Shown here: one piece after another, positions 9,493-17,482 of the stretch
Layout of the letters: each line of letters opens with the position of its first letter
Position numbering within the stretch: position 1 is the stretch's first letter
Assembly (NCBI GenBank): GCA_023229115.1
Contig: JALNZW010000008.1
Span: forward strand, 1-61,178
DNA: 61,178 nucleotides
Reading direction: 5' to 3'
Origin: Patescibacteria group bacterium
GTDB lineage: Bacteria > Patescibacteriota > Patescibacteriia > Patescibacteriales > UBA12465
The notes under the pieces: generated by a model
Told to the model about the DNA's origin: nothing
Databases searched by the model: none
Seen by the model: only the letters and a program-made list of their open reading frames with translations
Translations under genes and position numbers: made by a program

Positions 9493-10073
9493 ATGAAAAT
9501 CGAATATGAAGCGACTTTTATAAATATTAATAAAGATGAAGTTCATAATAAACTGAAAGAAGTTGGCGCGTCTTTACTTAAGTCGGAATTTTTACAGAAA
9601 AGAATAACTTTTGATTTACCTTCTGGGCATGAAAAAAAGGCGCTTGGCTGAGGGTGCGAGATGAAGGAGATAAAAATACTTTAACTTTAAAAATAATTGA
9701 TGGTGAAAAAATTGAAGATCAAAAAGAAATTTCTTTAGTGATTGATAGCTTAGAGGAAGCTTCGGAATTATTGTCTGTTATGGGCTGTAGAAAAAAAGCT
9801 TATCAAGAAAGTAAAAGAGAGCTTTGGCTTTTAGATGGTGTTGAGGTTACTATTGATGAGTGGCCATATTTGGATCCTTATGTTGAGATTGAAGGCGTTT
9901 CTGAACAATTAGTGAAAGATGCCAGTGTTAAGCTGGGCTTTGATTATTCTCAAGCTTTATTTTGCTCAGTTGATAAATTATATGAAATGAAGTACGGAGT
10001 AGTCAGAGAGATTATTTGTCAAAATACGGAGAGAATAACTTTTAGTGATCCAAATCCTTTTATTGATTTGTAA
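9493..10073 (+). pseudogene. CYTH-domain protein (CyaB / thiamine triphosphatase-like) split by a frameshift in an A7 run
   Basis: The ATG at 9493 gives MKIEYEATFININKDEVHNKLKEVGASLLKSEFLQKRITFDLPSGHEKK, stopping at 9649. ORF 9654..10073 lies in another frame. One extra A in A7 (9632-9638) joins them as ...HEKKGAWLRVRDEGDKNTLTLK, a typical CYTH core. Confidence 0.6.
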
Positions 10074-10132
10074 TAAAAGTCTCTTTTTTTCGTATACTAC
10101 TATAGAGACTATTTAGTCTTTTTCAAAAAAAT

Positions 10133-10276
10133 ATGTATAACAATATTTATAAAAATCAAACTCATTTAATCGACATGAATAATGTCGCCTTTTTTGTTTG
10201 TCCATTTGGTTCAGAAGGAGGTCGTGAGGATGGTTTTTATAAATATACTAAATATAAATTTAAGGATATTAATTAA
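10133..10276 (+). CDS. Small hypothetical protein (47 aa)
   Basis: MYNNIYKNQTHLIDMNNVAFFVCPFGSEGGREDGFYKYTKYKFKDIN*, read by hand. A strong terminator follows. No homology recognised. Confidence 0.3.
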   Translation: MYNNIYKNQTHLIDMNNVAFFVCPFGSEGGREDGFYKYTKYKFKDIN

Positions 10277-10300
10277 ATAGATAGGTTAGAATATATTTGT

Positions 10301-10339
10301 AAGAACCATCCCCAGGATTAAGGGATGGTTCTTTTTTTT
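10301..10339 (+). terminator. Intrinsic terminator
   Basis: aagaaccatccc / gggatggttctt, a 12-bp stem followed by T6. Confidence 0.7.
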
Positions 10340-10380
10340 GAACTAGTTCATTGACAATATAAACCTTAAATCTATCAATC

Positions 10381-11562
10381 ATGACACAGAAAATTATTAG
10401 AAACTATTCAGCTTTTATGCTGTTTGAAGGACTGGCTCTTAGCTTTTTCTTTGGAACCTACCAATTATTTTTAGTTGATAAAGGTTTAAATCTTCTAGAA
10501 ATAAATCTTCTTAATTGCGCTTTTATGTTGGCTAATTTTCTTTTTGAAATTCCAACTGGTGCTATTGCTGATTTTTTTGGTCGAAAGAAGTCTGTTATTT
10601 TCGGTCTTTGGGTTTACTCTTTATCTTTTTTTATTTATTTTTTTTCTGATAGTTTTTGGCAGTTTTTACTGGCTGAAATTATTGGAGCTTTTGCTTTTTC
10701 TTGTATTTCTGGTGCCTTGGAAGCTTTGGTTGTTGATTCATTAAAGCATCACAAGTATGATGGAAATTTAGAAACAGTTTTCCGTCGAGGAGAGATTCGG
10801 CATTTGGGAATAATTATTGGTGCTGTTGCTGGCTCTTTTGTTGGGCAAATTGACCTATCTTGGCCATGGTTCCTTACGGCTGTTTCTTTTGCTTTTTTAG
10901 CAATAGCGTCTCATTTCTTTTTTAGTGAAGATTATTTTTCTAAAGTGGAAAAAATTGCCATTAGTTTTGAGCCGATGAAAAAAATAGCTAGAGAAAGTAT
11001 TGTTTATGGCCTTAAGAATCGTAAGCTAATGTTTATTGTCGTTTTTTCTTCAATTTTAGCTTTCATTTTACAGCCGATAAATATGTATTGGCCGATAGTT
11101 TTTCAGAAAAATTTTCTGGTGGAAACTAAATATATGGGTTTAATATTTTCGGCAGTAGTAGTTATTACTTATTTGGGTTCGCAGGCTTCTAGTTATTGGC
11201 AAGAAAAAATTAAATGCAAAAAAAATGCTATTTTCTTTTCTCAGATTATTACTTCTTTAGGAATTATTTTTTGTTTTTTTGCCTTTAATTTATCTTTGTT
11301 TTTTTTATTTTTTTTACTTCATGAATTTGGTCGAGGCTTGTTTCACCCACTTAATCGTGCCTATATCAATGAAAATATTGAAAGTAAAAACCGTTCAACA
11401 GTTTTATCTTTTGAGTCTATGATTATTAAAGCTGGATCTGGTTTGGGGCTAATTTTTAGTGGCCTAATTGCTAGTAATTTTGGAATTTTAAATTCTTGGT
11501 TGATAAGTGCCATAATTTTAATGATTACTATTTTTGTTTTTTGGAGGAAAAATGGTAATTAA
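10381..11562 (+). CDS. MFS transporter
   Basis: 393 aa, about 12 TM. MFS loop motif GAIADFFGRKKS between TM2 and TM3. Confidence 0.75.
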   Translation: MTQKIIRNYSAFMLFEGLALSFFFGTYQLFLVDKGLNLLEINLLNCAFMLANFLFEIPTGAIADFFGRKKSVIFGLWVYSLSFFIYFFSDSFWQFLLAEIIGAFAFSCISGALEALVVDSLKHHKYDGNLETVFRRGEIRHLGIIIGAVAGSFVGQIDLSWPWFLTAVSFAFLAIASHFFFSEDYFSKVEKIAISFEPMKKIARESIVYGLKNRKLMFIVVFSSILAFILQPINMYWPIVFQKNFLVETKYMGLIFSAVVVITYLGSQASSYWQEKIKCKKNAIFFSQIITSLGIIFCFFAFNLSLFFLFFLLHEFGRGLFHPLNRAYINENIESKNRSTVLSFESMIIKAGSGLGLIFSGLIASNFGILNSWLISAIILMITIFVFWRKNGN

Positions 11563-11566
11563 AAAT

Positions 11567-11599
11567 AAAGCTCGAATTAATTTTTTCGAGCTTTTTTAT
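11567..11599 (+). terminator. Intrinsic terminator
   Basis: aaagctcgaa-ttaatttt-ttcgagcttt followed by a T-run. Confidence 0.65.
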
Positions 11600-11735
11600 T
11601 TTTTTAATATTTTTTGCTAATTGACTTTTTATGATTAAAATGATAATATTTTTAGAATAACTTTATTATTTTTTAGTTAAATAATTTAGTTAAAGTAACT
11701 TAAAAATAGAATAATAACCTCAAAAAATAACAATC

Positions 11736-13397
11736 ATGAAAACAAAAGATTTCAGAAACCTAGGCTTGGTCCTTAGTTTAAGTATGGTTAGAATACTTAA
11801 TGGACTTTCTGCTCAGAAAGCCAAAGTGCTTGAGCGAGTTAATTTTTTTCATAGAGTGGCAGAGTTCTTCGGTGGTTTGTATTTAAGCCTAGAGGATTTT
11901 GCTGATTTGTATTTTTATTTGCCAGAGAATCGTAGGAGAGAGTTAAAGGATCACTTGAATTTTCTAGCTAAAGACTTTGTCTCTTGGAAAAAATTTTTTG
12001 AAGTTAACAGGTATTCAAATAAAAATATTCGAGATATGGCTCTCAATGAAATGATTTACTGTGTTAATACTTTTTACGAGGCTTATGAAGGCTTTCGTTT
12101 GTCTGATGATTTAATTATAAAAGAAAGTTTCTTAAAAATAATGGAACTTAAAGGCTCTTCTTTTGAAGAGAAATTACAAGTTATCAGATGTAGCAATGGT
12201 CATGATCAGGCAAAAATAGAAGAACTCTTTTTGATGATAAAAACCTTTACACAGGCCGAACAGTTTTCTAGTATTATTGGGATTGATGATAGGAATCTTA
12301 ATAAAGGAACTAGAAAAATGCTTTCTTTGGCCGATGATTTTAAAAAAGTAAATAGAACTCATCGTCGATCTATACCGGGCTCACTTCTTCGTCGAGAAAT
12401 TGTAGCTGTGGCTAAAAATTATGAATTACCTCAGAGTGAATTGATTCAGTATTATTATGATGAAAAGCATTGGAGTAATTTTAAGAGAATGCTTTTTGGA
12501 AAAATTGAAAGACTCGTTTTGGGGATTGAAGATTGGTTGGAAATTTTATTGCATTATGGCTCTGATCGAAAATTAAAAAATTTGGCAATGTTTAAGATGC
12601 GTCAGCTTGGTTTAACTTTCTATCAATTAAACAACACCTTAAGCCGGGCTATGGATCCGGAAATTAAAAATGTTATTTTAGAGGAAATGTTTTTGCTCTC
12701 TAAAAATTCTTTCGAAAAGCTATGTATTGTTAGCGTGAAAAGCGATGATTTTTCTAGTATTTTTTTAAGATCGTTCTTGGCTTTGTTGGAGCTTGTTTCT
12801 GATGAAGAAAAAGCTGAAAAGGCTTGTGAAATTTTAGCTTCTTCTAAAAATAGAAATAATCCTATTTTCGTTTCTAAAATAGTTGACCTGAGAATAAATT
12901 TTAACTCTCTAGACAAGTTGTTTGCTAAGTCACCCAAAGAAGGGAAGCTTCTTTTATTGCCTCAGATGAAAATGCTGGCTAAAAATAATTTAAATGATTT
13001 ATTGAAAATTTTTAATTATTATTCTGTAATCGACGACACCAAGGAGCGTCAAAGAAAACAAAATATTTGCTTAAAAGAAGTTTTATTTCTGCTTGAAGAA
13101 GACAATAACGTAGAAAGACTTCTAGCTGTTTATCGTACAGCCTTAATCTCTGGTAATTTTTCTGTCTCTGATAAAGTTGTTGAAATAATGAAAACAAAGA
13201 ATTTTAACTTTAAAACACTTTTACTAGTTTATGAGGAATTAGAAAAAAATAAGATAACCAACAACGGCCTAGCATCATATCTACAAATGGAAATGATAGC
13301 TAAAGCTGAAAACAATTTGGAGAAGAGCACTGCTTTTAAAAAAGCATCTCTTCAAATAAAAAGCCTTGCCCTTAGTCGATTGCTGAGAGCAGCTTAA
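11736..13397 (+). CDS. Hypothetical all-helical protein
   Basis: ORF track, 553 aa, no recognisable motif. Confidence 0.55.
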   Translation: MKTKDFRNLGLVLSLSMVRILNGLSAQKAKVLERVNFFHRVAEFFGGLYLSLEDFADLYFYLPENRRRELKDHLNFLAKDFVSWKKFFEVNRYSNKNIRDMALNEMIYCVNTFYEAYEGFRLSDDLIIKESFLKIMELKGSSFEEKLQVIRCSNGHDQAKIEELFLMIKTFTQAEQFSSIIGIDDRNLNKGTRKMLSLADDFKKVNRTHRRSIPGSLLRREIVAVAKNYELPQSELIQYYYDEKHWSNFKRMLFGKIERLVLGIEDWLEILLHYGSDRKLKNLAMFKMRQLGLTFYQLNNTLSRAMDPEIKNVILEEMFLLSKNSFEKLCIVSVKSDDFSSIFLRSFLALLELVSDEEKAEKACEILASSKNRNNPIFVSKIVDLRINFNSLDKLFAKSPKEGKLLLLPQMKMLAKNNLNDLLKIFNYYSVIDDTKERQRKQNICLKEVLFLLEEDNNVERLLAVYRTALISGNFSVSDKVVEIMKTKNFNFKTLLLVYEELEKNKITNNGLASYLQMEMIAKAENNLEKSTAFKKASLQIKSLALSRLLRAA

Positions 13398-13418
13398 TTA
13401 ATTTATTTTTTTATAACC

Positions 13419-13444
13419 AAACCCGTTTAAAAGCGGGTTTTTTC
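13419..13444 (+). terminator. Intrinsic terminator
   Basis: aaacccg-tttaaaag-cgggttt followed by T's. Confidence 0.65.
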
Positions 13445-13681
13445 TTTATTATTGACTTTTTTAAATAAATATGCCAAATTAAGCTAAGTGAGTGTGTTTT
13501 AACTATCGAACAAAAAATTTGAAAGTATTTGGACTACTCAACCCGAAATTAATTTTTCTGGGTTTTTTATTTTTATTGCTTATTTCATTAGGCAATGATA
13601 TTGTTATATTATGATTATTTATAGGACTTGCATTTTTTGTCATTTTTTAAGTGACGAAGCATCTCTTTCGTTACTTTATTT

Positions 13682-15220
13682 ATGTTAAAAAAAGAAAAAA
13701 CAAATGTTTCAAGTTTTAAAGACTTAAACATAAATCCAGGGATTTTATCTCTCCTAGAGAAAAATGGCTTGGAAACCCCAACACCTATTCAAGCTAAAGC
13801 TATCCCAGTGGCTTTAACTGGCAAAGATTTGATTGGTGTTGCTCAAACTGGAACTGGAAAAACCTTGGCTTTTGGAATTCCTTTAGTGGAGAGATTATCT
13901 AAAAATAAATCAAAAGCTTTAGTTCTACTACCTACTAGAGAATTAGCGACTCAAGTTGAAGAAAGCTTGAGAACAATATGTTTGAGGTCTGGATTAAGAA
14001 CTATATCTTTAATTGGTGGAGAGCCAATTAATCGTCAGATGTATAGTTTAAAATATAATCCTCGGATTATAATTGCCACTCCAGGTAGATTGTTAGATCA
14101 TTATAAAAGAAAAACAATTCATTTAGATGATGTTTCGATTTTAGTTTTGGACGAAGCTGATATGATGTTTGATTTAGGTTTTGCTCCTCAAATTGAAGAG
14201 ATAATTAAACTGACACCAACGAGTCGCCAGACATTGCTTTTTTCAGCTACTATGCCAGCTCCAATTATTAAATTAGCGGAAAAATATTTAAAAACACCAC
14301 TTCAAATAGAAGTGGCCCCAGCCGGAACAACAGCCGAACTAATCGATCAAGAAATTTATTTAGTTCATCAAAATGATCGTCTGGAAACTTTAAAAAAAAT
14401 ATTAATAGATTATAAAAATTTAGTTTTAATTTTTGTTAGAACCAAACATGGAGCCTCTAATTTGACCGAAAAATTAAAATATGAAGGTCACCAGGTTAGT
14501 GAAATTCATTCTAATTTATCTTTTGGTCAACGTAAAACAGCTCTAGCCTCTTTCAAAAATGGTACTAAAAGAATATTAGTTGCTACTGATGTGGCTGCTC
14601 GTGGTTTAGATATTAAGGATATTCAGTTAGTTCTTAATTTTGATTTACCTGATAATTCCGAAGATTATGTTCATCGCATAGGCCGAACTGCTAGAGCTGG
14701 AAAAGGTGGCAAGGCAATTTCTTTTGCCTTACCACATCAGAGAAGAGAAATTCAAAGAATAGAACGTTTAATTAGGAAAAATTTGCCATTATTAAAAATT
14801 GGTTCACTAAAATCTTTGCCCGAAAAAAGTATTGGCATGGAAAATAGAAGCTCTTCTCGATTTGCAAGTTTTAATAGAAATAACAAGCCTAATCTTAACA
14901 GGTTTAAAAAAGATCAAAGATCATTTTCTAGTAATGAAAAATCTAGTTTTGCTCGTAAAGAGGTTGACAATAGTTTTTCATCAGATTCTAAATCAAATAA
15001 AAATAGACAATTTTCTAAATTCAAAGGACCAGAAAAAAATGATTTTTCAAGATTTAAATCTTCTGGTAAGTCGTCTTTTAAAAATGAGTCTTCTCCTTCT
15101 AGATTTGAAGGAAAAGCTTATAAAAGTAGTGGTTTTAAAAAACCAACAAGCGGAACAAGAGGCTCGGGATCTTACAGAAAAGGCCCTTCTTTTGGTGGTT
15201 TTAAAAGAGGAAAAAAATAA
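13682..15220 (+). CDS. DEAD-box ATP-dependent RNA helicase with a basic S/K/F-rich C-terminal tail
   Basis: AQTGTGKT, PTRELA, DEAD, SAT, HRIGRTARAG. The last ~130 aa are low-complexity (SSFxxK-type repeats, GGFKRGKK). Confidence 0.9.
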   Translation: MLKKEKTNVSSFKDLNINPGILSLLEKNGLETPTPIQAKAIPVALTGKDLIGVAQTGTGKTLAFGIPLVERLSKNKSKALVLLPTRELATQVEESLRTICLRSGLRTISLIGGEPINRQMYSLKYNPRIIIATPGRLLDHYKRKTIHLDDVSILVLDEADMMFDLGFAPQIEEIIKLTPTSRQTLLFSATMPAPIIKLAEKYLKTPLQIEVAPAGTTAELIDQEIYLVHQNDRLETLKKILIDYKNLVLIFVRTKHGASNLTEKLKYEGHQVSEIHSNLSFGQRKTALASFKNGTKRILVATDVAARGLDIKDIQLVLNFDLPDNSEDYVHRIGRTARAGKGGKAISFALPHQRREIQRIERLIRKNLPLLKIGSLKSLPEKSIGMENRSSSRFASFNRNNKPNLNRFKKDQRSFSSNEKSSFARKEVDNSFSSDSKSNKNRQFSKFKGPEKNDFSRFKSSGKSSFKNESSPSRFEGKAYKSSGFKKPTSGTRGSGSYRKGPSFGGFKRGKK

Positions 15221-15233
15221 ATTTTAGTAAAAT

Positions 15234-15268
15234 AAAAAAAAGACTTCTAGCAATAGAAGTCTTTTTTT
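15234..15268. terminator. Bidirectional terminator between convergent genes
   Basis: A-run, agacttcta-gcaa-tagaagtct, T-run. Confidence 0.65.
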
Positions 15269-15299
15269 GTTTTAGCAAACAATTTATTTCTTAAAAATT

Positions 15300-15569
15300 T
15301 TAAACTTGTGCCATTTGGTATTTTTCAGCAATAAATCTTTTTATCTTTTGTCTAGCTCTTTGACTTTCTTCGTTACAGAACCAAACACTCCAACCCTTAT
15401 TTTTTCTGTAAAGTGAAATTCTTTCTTTTAAATTTTCAGTTTCGCCGATATCGGCAATTTTATTTTTGGGATTAGCAACGATGTAAACCCCCGGTTTTTT
15501 ATCAAAAGAGAAATTAACAGGGAACTTTCCTCTAAAGGCAAAACCTTTAATTATTACTTGCTTATCCAT
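15300..15569 (-). CDS. Small GIY-YIG-like protein (degenerate motif)
   Basis: 89 aa. PGVYIVANPKNKIADIGETENLKERI resembles the GIY...YIG...R layout, but the YIG position reads DIG. Confidence 0.4.
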   Translation of the reverse strand: MDKQVIIKGFAFRGKFPVNFSFDKKPGVYIVANPKNKIADIGETENLKERISLYRKNKGWSVWFCNEESQRARQKIKRFIAEKYQMAQV

Positions 15570-15644
15570 TTGTTTGTTAACTTTTAATAATTAGATTTAT
15601 CTTAATTATTAGAAGTTTTTAAATTAATAATTTTTTATAATTTT

Positions 15645-15747
15645 ATTTTAGTAAATAAAAAAAAGTTTGTCAAGAAGTAAAATCTGTCAAGAGCTGTGGA
15701 TAAGTTTGACAAAAAAGCTTGACAAGCTTGTGAAATAGATTTAATAT
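15645..15747. promoter_or_regulatory. Divergent promoter region with four CTTGACAA-type boxes
   Basis: ttgtcaag 15667-15674 and ctgtcaag 15684-15691 are minus-sense; tttgacaa 15705-15712 and cttgacaag 15718-15726 are plus-sense. Plus promoter: TTGACA 15719-15724, 17 nt, TAATAT 15742-15747. Minus promoter: TTGACA 15673-15668, 17 nt, TAAAAT 15650-15645. Confidence 0.45.
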
Positions 15748-15776
15748 ATAAACATAACAATTAAAATCATTGTTTT

Positions 15777-16409
15777 ATGCACGATTTACAAAAGAAGTTA
15801 TTAAATCTATCTTCTAAGTCTGATATATTTAACATGACGCTCAGAGATATAGGAGAAGCTATTGGTGAGGGCAGAGAAAATCCTCAAAAAATAAAGCATC
15901 ATCTACAGCAATTAGTTAAAAAAGGTGTTTTTAGGAGTGAAAATGGTAAATATCAGAGGATTACTGAAAATAATAATAAATCTTCTTCCGGTTTAATATC
16001 TTTACCAATTTTTGGATCAGCTAATTGCGGAGAAGCTATTTCTTTTGCTGACGATCACGTAGAAGGTTATTTGAAAGTTTCTCCTAGGATAATTGCTAAT
16101 AAGAAAAATATTTTTGTAGTAAGGGCTAAGGGCAATTCTATGAACAAAGCCTTGGTTAATGGCGAAACTATTAACGATGGGGATTATGTTTTAGTTGATT
16201 CTGAAAAAAAACAGCCAGAAAATGGTGATTATGTTTTGTCTATTATCGATGGTTTGGCTAATATTAAAAAGTTTAAGGAGGACAAAGAGCGGGGAATGGT
16301 TGTTTTGTTTTCAGAGTCAAGCTCTAGCTATGACCCTATCTATATCCACAGGGACGATCAGGATTTTTATTCAGTAGCCGGAAGGGTTGTCGGTGTACTC
16401 AAGGCATAA
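15777..16409 (+). CDS. lexA: LexA-like repressor (wHTH plus S24 peptidase)
   Basis: 210 aa. The N-terminal wHTH is followed by FGSANCGEA, a GNSM serine motif and ANIKKF lysine, the typical S24 autoprotease layout. Confidence 0.75.
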   Translation: MHDLQKKLLNLSSKSDIFNMTLRDIGEAIGEGRENPQKIKHHLQQLVKKGVFRSENGKYQRITENNNKSSSGLISLPIFGSANCGEAISFADDHVEGYLKVSPRIIANKKNIFVVRAKGNSMNKALVNGETINDGDYVLVDSEKKQPENGDYVLSIIDGLANIKKFKEDKERGMVVLFSESSSSYDPIYIHRDDQDFYSVAGRVVGVLKA

Positions 16410-16528
16410 AAACATTAACTCAGAAAAACGGCAATTTTATTTGTCGTTTTTTTTATTTTATGTTATTATTGTATTAGAAATTTGAACAAAGTTTTTCTTT
16501 GTTTAGCCTAAAATTAATTCATTTTTTT

Positions 16529-16765
16529 ATGAATGAAGAAGATAAAAAAATAAAAAGAAAAAAGATTTTGTCTGAGCTTAGAGCTGAAGAGGAAACCGAA
16601 AATCAACTTATTTGGCTTTATCAAACATTAATAGATTTGGGTATCGAAAACTGCTTTTCTGAAGATAATCGTGTTTTTTTTAGTGATGGCATGAAGACTT
16701 TAAGAGATGAGTCTAAGGCTCATAAGTTATTAATAAATAGCGTTATTGATAAATACGAAAACTAA
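16529..16765 (+). CDS. Small helical protein, possibly the N-terminal half of a ferritin-like fold
   Basis: The ORF track starts at TTG 16499; the ATG at 16529 (MNEEDKKIKRKK...) is more plausible. E-rich helix EEETENQLIWLYQTLIDLG. Confidence 0.4.
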   Translation: MNEEDKKIKRKKILSELRAEEETENQLIWLYQTLIDLGIENCFSEDNRVFFSDGMKTLRDESKAHKLLINSVIDKYEN

Positions 16766-16774
16766 TTTAAACAT

Positions 16775-17002
16775 ATGAATTTTAATCAATGCTCAATGAG
16801 TCAGGAGGGTATTTTGCTTAATTTAGAAAAAGGTTTAGATAGTGAAATTCGTGCTCGTGACTTGTGTCGTGATTTATTGGAGGTTTTAGATGATGAAAAA
16901 GATAAAAAAATAGTTGAAAAAATACTTAAAGATGAGGAGCGACACATCAAAATAACTGAAGAATTAATATCTATTGCCAAGGCTTTTTATATTAATCAAT
17001 AG
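16775..17002 (+). CDS. Small helical protein, possibly the C-terminal half of a ferritin/rubrerythrin-like fold
   Basis: 75 aa. SEIRARDLCRDLL ... KDEERHIKITEEL resembles the ExxH helix of a ferritin-like fold. Confidence 0.4.
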   Translation: MNFNQCSMSQEGILLNLEKGLDSEIRARDLCRDLLEVLDDEKDKKIVEKILKDEERHIKITEELISIAKAFYINQ

Positions 17003-17016
17003 GACTTTTTCTGCCT

Positions 17017-17478
17017 ATGATTGTTGAGTCTAAAAAAATTTTAATAGTTGAAGATGAGAGGCCACTAGCCAGAGCTTTAGAGTTAAAGCTTTCTAGTATT
17101 GGCTTTAAAACAAGAACTGCCTTTGACGGACAGGAGGCTTTAGATTATTTAAAAAAGGATAGATTTGATTTAATTCTTTTAGATTTGGTTATGCCTAATG
17201 TTAGTGGTTTTGATGTTCTTCTTAAATTGCAACAAGCTAAAAATAAAGTTCCAATTATTATTACTTCTAATTTGGGGCAAGAAGATGATTTAAAAAAAGT
17301 TCAAGCTTTTGGAGTTTTAAAGTATTTTATAAAATCGGATGTAGGGATTATTGAAATAGTTAATTATGTTCGTGATTTTTTAAAAAATAATTCTCAAAAA
17401 ACAAATACAGATAAAATTATAAAAACAAAAGATAGCCACAAAAATACTACAAAGATAAAAAATAAAAACAAGAAATAA
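17017..17478 (+). CDS. Single-domain response regulator (CheY/PilH-like) with a K/N-rich tail
   Basis: ILIVEDE, acceptor Asp in LILLDLVMP, and a later conserved K (KYFIKS). Confidence 0.8.
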   Translation: MIVESKKILIVEDERPLARALELKLSSIGFKTRTAFDGQEALDYLKKDRFDLILLDLVMPNVSGFDVLLKLQQAKNKVPIIITSNLGQEDDLKKVQAFGVLKYFIKSDVGIIEIVNYVRDFLKNNSQKTNTDKIIKTKDSHKNTTKIKNKNKK

Positions 17479-17482
17479 ACTT

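Noticed and set aside
14832-15227. 131-aa ORF in an alternative frame inside the helicase tail
   Set aside because: It lies entirely within the DEAD-box helicase gene, in its low-complexity C-terminal region. It is an artefact of repetitive A/G-rich sequence.
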